Below are positions 28,800 to 32,000 of a stretch of DNA of 32,000 nt, one piece after another; position 1 is the first letter of the stretch, and each line of letters starts with the position of its first letter. The notes beneath the pieces are model-generated. The model was not told where the DNA came from. It did no database searches and worked only from the letters and a program-made list of their open reading frames with translations. This stretch comes from Methanococcus maripaludis. GTDB taxonomy: Archaea; AGJL01; Methanococci; Methanococcales; Methanococcaceae. Location: the NCBI RefSeq assembly GCF_002945325.1, contig NZ_CP026606.1, forward strand, positions 1,590,001 through 1,622,000. Direction: 5' to 3'. The position numbers were made by a program, and so were the translations under genes.

Positions 28800-29742
28800 T
28801 ATCCACCCTGTTTAAAAATTTTAAATTATTCCATTTTCCAAAGTACGTATGTTTTCCATTTAATTTAATATGGTTTAATGTTAGGCCATATTTTAAATAT
28901 AAAAGTTTTGGAACTCTTGCAACAACATTTATTTCGTATTCGTTATCATTTAAAATGAAAAACGGTTTTAAATAATCAATTTTTGGATTATTATATGAAA
29001 TATTTACAAGTGCAGGGTAGTAAATTCCATTAATCTCACCAAAAAACCAACCTTTAATTTTATCCCACAATGACTGTTTTAAATAAATATACTGACAATC
29101 AAAGCTTTTTTCATTGAAATCTATTGAAAATTCTCTAATTCTCGTGTTATTTAATTTTTTATTAAATAAATCAATCGATTTTGAAAGATCCGTTTTATAT
29201 TTTAAAATTAGATTTTTTGGAGGTAGTTCTTTTTTTAAAATGCAAGTTTTAACGATATCGTATTCTTTTAATTTATATGCTGAATTTAGGTTTGAAACAT
29301 ATTCTTTTAATCCCATATTATATTTTGAAAAATAATACGTATTTCCAAAAATTAAGTCTTTTACAAAAGGTTTATAAATATCTGGAACTTTATTTTCAGC
29401 ATAATTTAAAATTAATTCTTTTAATCTTTCTTTTTCAAAATTATCAAGTTCAAAGTAGGTTTTTGAAGGGTTTAAATTGTTATTTTTTAAAAATATAATC
29501 GATTCTTTTTCAGAATTAAAAAGCGGAATTTCGTTGAAATAGTAAAGCATTTTAAATAATGGGTAATTTTTGCCATAAATTGCTAAATCATTTCCAATTT
29601 TTTCAATTTCCAATTTTTTTAAAGTACTTTCATCAATTTCAGGTTCATTATTTTTGTAAATACAGTCCAAAATATTTAAAAAATCTGAAATTTCTTCGTT
29701 ATTATTTTCCTTTTTAATCTCCAGAAATAAATCAGATAACAT
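28783..29742 (-). CDS. Hypothetical soluble protein (319 aa), first gene of the heptose operon
   Basis: ATG with GGGGG 5 nt upstream. Its 3' end overlaps gmhA by 17 nt. N/K/Y-rich with no hydrophobic segments and no motif I can assign. Confidence 0.55.
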   Translation of the reverse strand: MLSDLFLEIKKENNNEEISDFLNILDCIYKNNEPEIDESTLKKLEIEKIGNDLAIYGKNYPLFKMLYYFNEIPLFNSEKESIIFLKNNNLNPSKTYFELDNFEKERLKELILNYAENKVPDIYKPFVKDLIFGNTYYFSKYNMGLKEYVSNLNSAYKLKEYDIVKTCILKKELPPKNLILKYKTDLSKSIDLFNKKLNNTRIREFSIDFNEKSFDCQYIYLKQSLWDKIKGWFFGEINGIYYPALVNISYNNPKIDYLKPFFILNDNEYEINVVARVPKLLYLKYGLTLNHIKLNGKHTYFGKWNNLKFLNRVDNENIF

Positions 29743-29766
29743 GAAAAACCCCCGTACAAATCAAAT

Positions 29767-29800
29767 CCTTTATATGTATGATTAATTAAAAGGATATAAA
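29767..29800. promoter_or_regulatory. Back-to-back candidate TATA boxes in the 80-bp divergent spacer (heptose operon / glmM)
   Basis: CTTTATAT (29767-29774) and its exact inverted copy ATATAAAG (29793-29800). Each points toward a gene start about 50 nt away (29742 on minus, 29823/29838 on plus). Confidence 0.4.
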
Positions 29801-29822
29801 GTATTAGTTTAGGCGTTAATTT

Positions 29823-31181
29823 GTGCTTGGTGAAATCTTGAAACTTTTTGGGACTTCTGGGATTCGAATGAAAAATTTAGATCCTTTAATTGCATACAAG
29901 GTTGGTTTTGCAATTTCAAAGAATTTTAAAAAGGCAGTTATTGGAAGAGATACTAGAACTACTGGAAACTTAATTGAAAGTGCGATCACGGCAGGACTTC
30001 TTAATGGGGGCTGTGACGTAACTACGATTGGCATGGTTCCAACTCCAGTTTTAGGTTATTCTGCAAAAGACTATGATTTGGGAATTATGATTACTGCATC
30101 TCACAATCCACCTGAATACAACGGGATAAAGTTGTTTAATAAAAATGGAACTGCATTTGATCTTATGCAGGAAAAAAAACTTGAAGATATAATTAACAAT
30201 GACGATTTTAATGAAGGTACCTGGGATAATATTGGCTGTATATTGGAAGACAAAACCGCAGTTAAAAAGTATTCTGAGTATATTTTACAAAGTTTGAATA
30301 TAAATACGAATTTTAATGTTGTAGTTGATTGTGCAAACGCAGCAGGATGTGTGGTTTCTCCAACCATATTTACTGAAGCAGGTTGCAAAGTAATTTCTGT
30401 AAATTCGCACTGTGATGGAAGATTTGTTGGAAGAATGCCTGAGCCAAATGAAACAAACTTGAAAGAAACCGTAGATATTATAAAAGGCTTAAATTCAAAC
30501 GGTAGGAATTATATTGGGATTGCACATGATGGTGATGCTGACAGGATGATTGCAATTGATGAACTTGGAAGAGTTACCGATTTTGATAAACTTTTAGCGG
30601 CATTTTGTAAATATCTGGTTCAAAAAACAGGTGCTGATAAAATTGTGACAACTGTTGATGCTTCAATGGCAATTGAGGAATATTTAAACGAATTTGGGGC
30701 CAAAGTAATAAGGACAAAGATTGGAGATGTTGCAGTAGCTGAAGAACTTGAAAAAACAGGTGCTATTTTTGGAGGGGAACCTTCTGGAACGTGGATACAT
30801 CGCGATATTCATTTAACGCCTGATGGAATTCTTTCGGGACTTAGGGTTTTAGAAATGATGGAATTTTACGGCAAAAAATTGCATGAAATTATTGATGAAG
30901 TTCCGTCATACTATAATATGCGTGAAAAAATATCGTGCCAAGATAATTTAAAACAGGAAGTAATGGATTACATTTCAAAAGAAGGCGAAAAAATATTTGA
31001 AACGAAACCTGAAACTCTTGATGGGGTTAGATTTTCATTTGAAAAGGGCTGGATATTAATACGACCTTCAGGAACTGAAAGCTACGTTAGAGTTAGGGTT
31101 GAAGCAAAAGAAAAAGATTTTGCAGAAAAATTAATGAAAACAGGAATTTCAATGGTAAAAACAGGAATTTCTGGAAATTAG
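29823..31181 (+). CDS. glmM: Phosphoglucosamine mutase (alpha-D-phosphohexomutase family)
   Basis: LFGTSGIR, the active-site TASHNPPEYNGIK, metal loop AHDGDADR, GGEPSG and IRPSGTE. The start may be TTG at 29838 (MKLFGTSGIR) with GGTGA 4 nt upstream. Confidence 0.87.
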   Translation: MLGEILKLFGTSGIRMKNLDPLIAYKVGFAISKNFKKAVIGRDTRTTGNLIESAITAGLLNGGCDVTTIGMVPTPVLGYSAKDYDLGIMITASHNPPEYNGIKLFNKNGTAFDLMQEKKLEDIINNDDFNEGTWDNIGCILEDKTAVKKYSEYILQSLNINTNFNVVVDCANAAGCVVSPTIFTEAGCKVISVNSHCDGRFVGRMPEPNETNLKETVDIIKGLNSNGRNYIGIAHDGDADRMIAIDELGRVTDFDKLLAAFCKYLVQKTGADKIVTTVDASMAIEEYLNEFGAKVIRTKIGDVAVAEELEKTGAIFGGEPSGTWIHRDIHLTPDGILSGLRVLEMMEFYGKKLHEIIDEVPSYYNMREKISCQDNLKQEVMDYISKEGEKIFETKPETLDGVRFSFEKGWILIRPSGTESYVRVRVEAKEKDFAEKLMKTGISMVKTGISGN

Positions 31182-31190
31182 GGGGTTAAT

Positions 31191-32000
31191 ATGGATGCAA
31201 TAATATTATGTGCTGGAAAAGGAACTAGGTTACATCCAATAACGGAATCACGCCCAAAACCAATGATTCCAATTGCTGGAAAGCCTATATTGGAACACAT
31301 TATTGAAAAAATCGAAAACCACGTTGAAAAAATATATCTGATTGTAGGGTATCAAAAAGAAAAAATTATTGAATATTTCAAAGATAACCCAAAAATTGAA
31401 TATATTTTACAGGAAAAACAGCTTGGAACCGGGCACGCGGTTTTAACTGCTAAAAATTTCATAAAAAACGATTTTTTAGTTTTAAATGGGGATGTAATTT
31501 TCGAAGATTCAATCGATGAAATTTTAACTTATGAAAATGCAGTTAGCTTGTCAAAAGTAGACAATCCTGAAAATTTTGGTGTAATCGAACTTGGGTATGA
31601 TAACAAAGTAATAAATTTACTCGAAAAACCAAAAAAAGAAGAAATAACTTCAAATCTCATTAACGCAGGAATTTATAAACTTCAAAATAGCGTATTTGGA
31701 ATTTTAGAAAATCTTGTTCCCTCAGAACGTGGGGAAATCGAGCTGACTGACGCTTTGAAGACGTTGGTTGAAAACGGAAAACTTCACGGTGTTGAGTTAA
31801 AAGGTTACTGGAACGATATCGGTCATCCCTGGGATGTTTTAAGTGCAAACAATCACTTTTTAAATAAAATAATCTCAAAAGTTTCTGGAAAAATCGAAGA
31901 TAATGTATCGATTACAGGAAACGTTATGATTGAAGAAGGGGCAGTAATAAAATCAAATTCTGTAATTGAAGGGCCTGTAATTATAAAATCAGGTTCAATT
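31191..32000 (+). CDS. glmU: Bifunctional sugar-1-phosphate nucleotidyltransferase/acetyltransferase (archaeal GlmU-like), 3' end outside the window
   Basis: My own translation from the ATG at 31191 gives MDAIILCAGKGTRLHPITESRPKPMIPIAGKPILEHII...QLGTGHAV...EKPK...ELTDAL. It then enters left-handed beta-helix-type hexapeptide repeats (ITGNVMIEEGAVIKSNSVIEGPVII). The frame is open to the window end. It is absent from the ORF track because no stop is reached. Confidence 0.85.
   Translation, partial: MDAIILCAGKGTRLHPITESRPKPMIPIAGKPILEHIIEKIENHVEKIYLIVGYQKEKIIEYFKDNPKIEYILQEKQLGTGHAVLTAKNFIKNDFLVLNGDVIFEDSIDEILTYENAVSLSKVDNPENFGVIELGYDNKVINLLEKPKKEEITSNLINAGIYKLQNSVFGILENLVPSERGEIELTDALKTLVENGKLHGVELKGYWNDIGHPWDVLSANNHFLNKIISKVSGKIEDNVSITGNVMIEEGAVIKSNSVIEGPVIIKSGSI

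Noticed and set aside
13393-29742. The glycan island could be a mobile element or genomic island delivered by an integrase.
   Set aside because: The window contains no integrase, transposase, tRNA attachment site, direct repeats or phage/plasmid genes. Replacement by homologous recombination in conserved flanks is the more plausible mechanism.
1-32000. I searched for tRNA, rRNA, CRISPR repeats and larger direct or inverted repeats.
   Set aside because: I saw no GC-rich structured segments of tRNA/rRNA type and no regularly spaced repeats. The only similarities are divergent paralogous proteins: three GT9, two GT4, two SDR, and two sugar-phosphate nucleotidyltransferases.

Overview
This is an AT-rich archaeal chromosome segment with Methanococcus-type gene content. 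Evidence for that: GGTGA/GGTGG Shine-Dalgarno-like motifs 2-8 nt upstream of most starts, TTTATAT-type TATA boxes and oligo-T tracts after genes. I cannot assign a species. I saw no rRNA, tRNA, CRISPR array, transposase or integrase.

The left ~13 kb is housekeeping. On the minus strand: sucC, a small coiled-coil ORF, pyrI, and a tfuA-like gene translationally coupled to a membrane-anchored single-HKD (PLD/Nuc-like) protein. On the plus strand: argD and a small wHTH regulator that converges on and overlaps phoU. The minus-strand phosphate operon is pstS-pstC-pstA-pstB-phoU. It is followed on the plus strand by ppsA, an archaeal-type phosphopantetheine adenylyltransferase and an AEC-family transporter.

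The right ~19 kb is a surface-glycan locus built from two convergent operons that collide at 21910-21921.
- Plus arm: galU, a GalE-like SDR, ugd, a Wzx-like flippase, a GT4, an orphan 249-aa protein, a SAM methyltransferase, and a GT9 interrupted by one in-frame TAG.
- Minus arm: an orphan 319-aa protein, gmhA, hldC, hldA, gmhB, two GT9 heptosyltransferase homologues, hldD and a GT4.
- The locus is bounded on the right by glmM and a partial glmU.

The most interesting signal is a complete ADP-L-glycero-beta-D-manno-heptose pathway with three GT9 homologues. That module is normally associated with the bacterial LPS inner core. Here it sits in the glycan locus of a methanogen and is led by an unassignable protein. 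All calls rest on reading the supplied translations and DNA; no database search was run.
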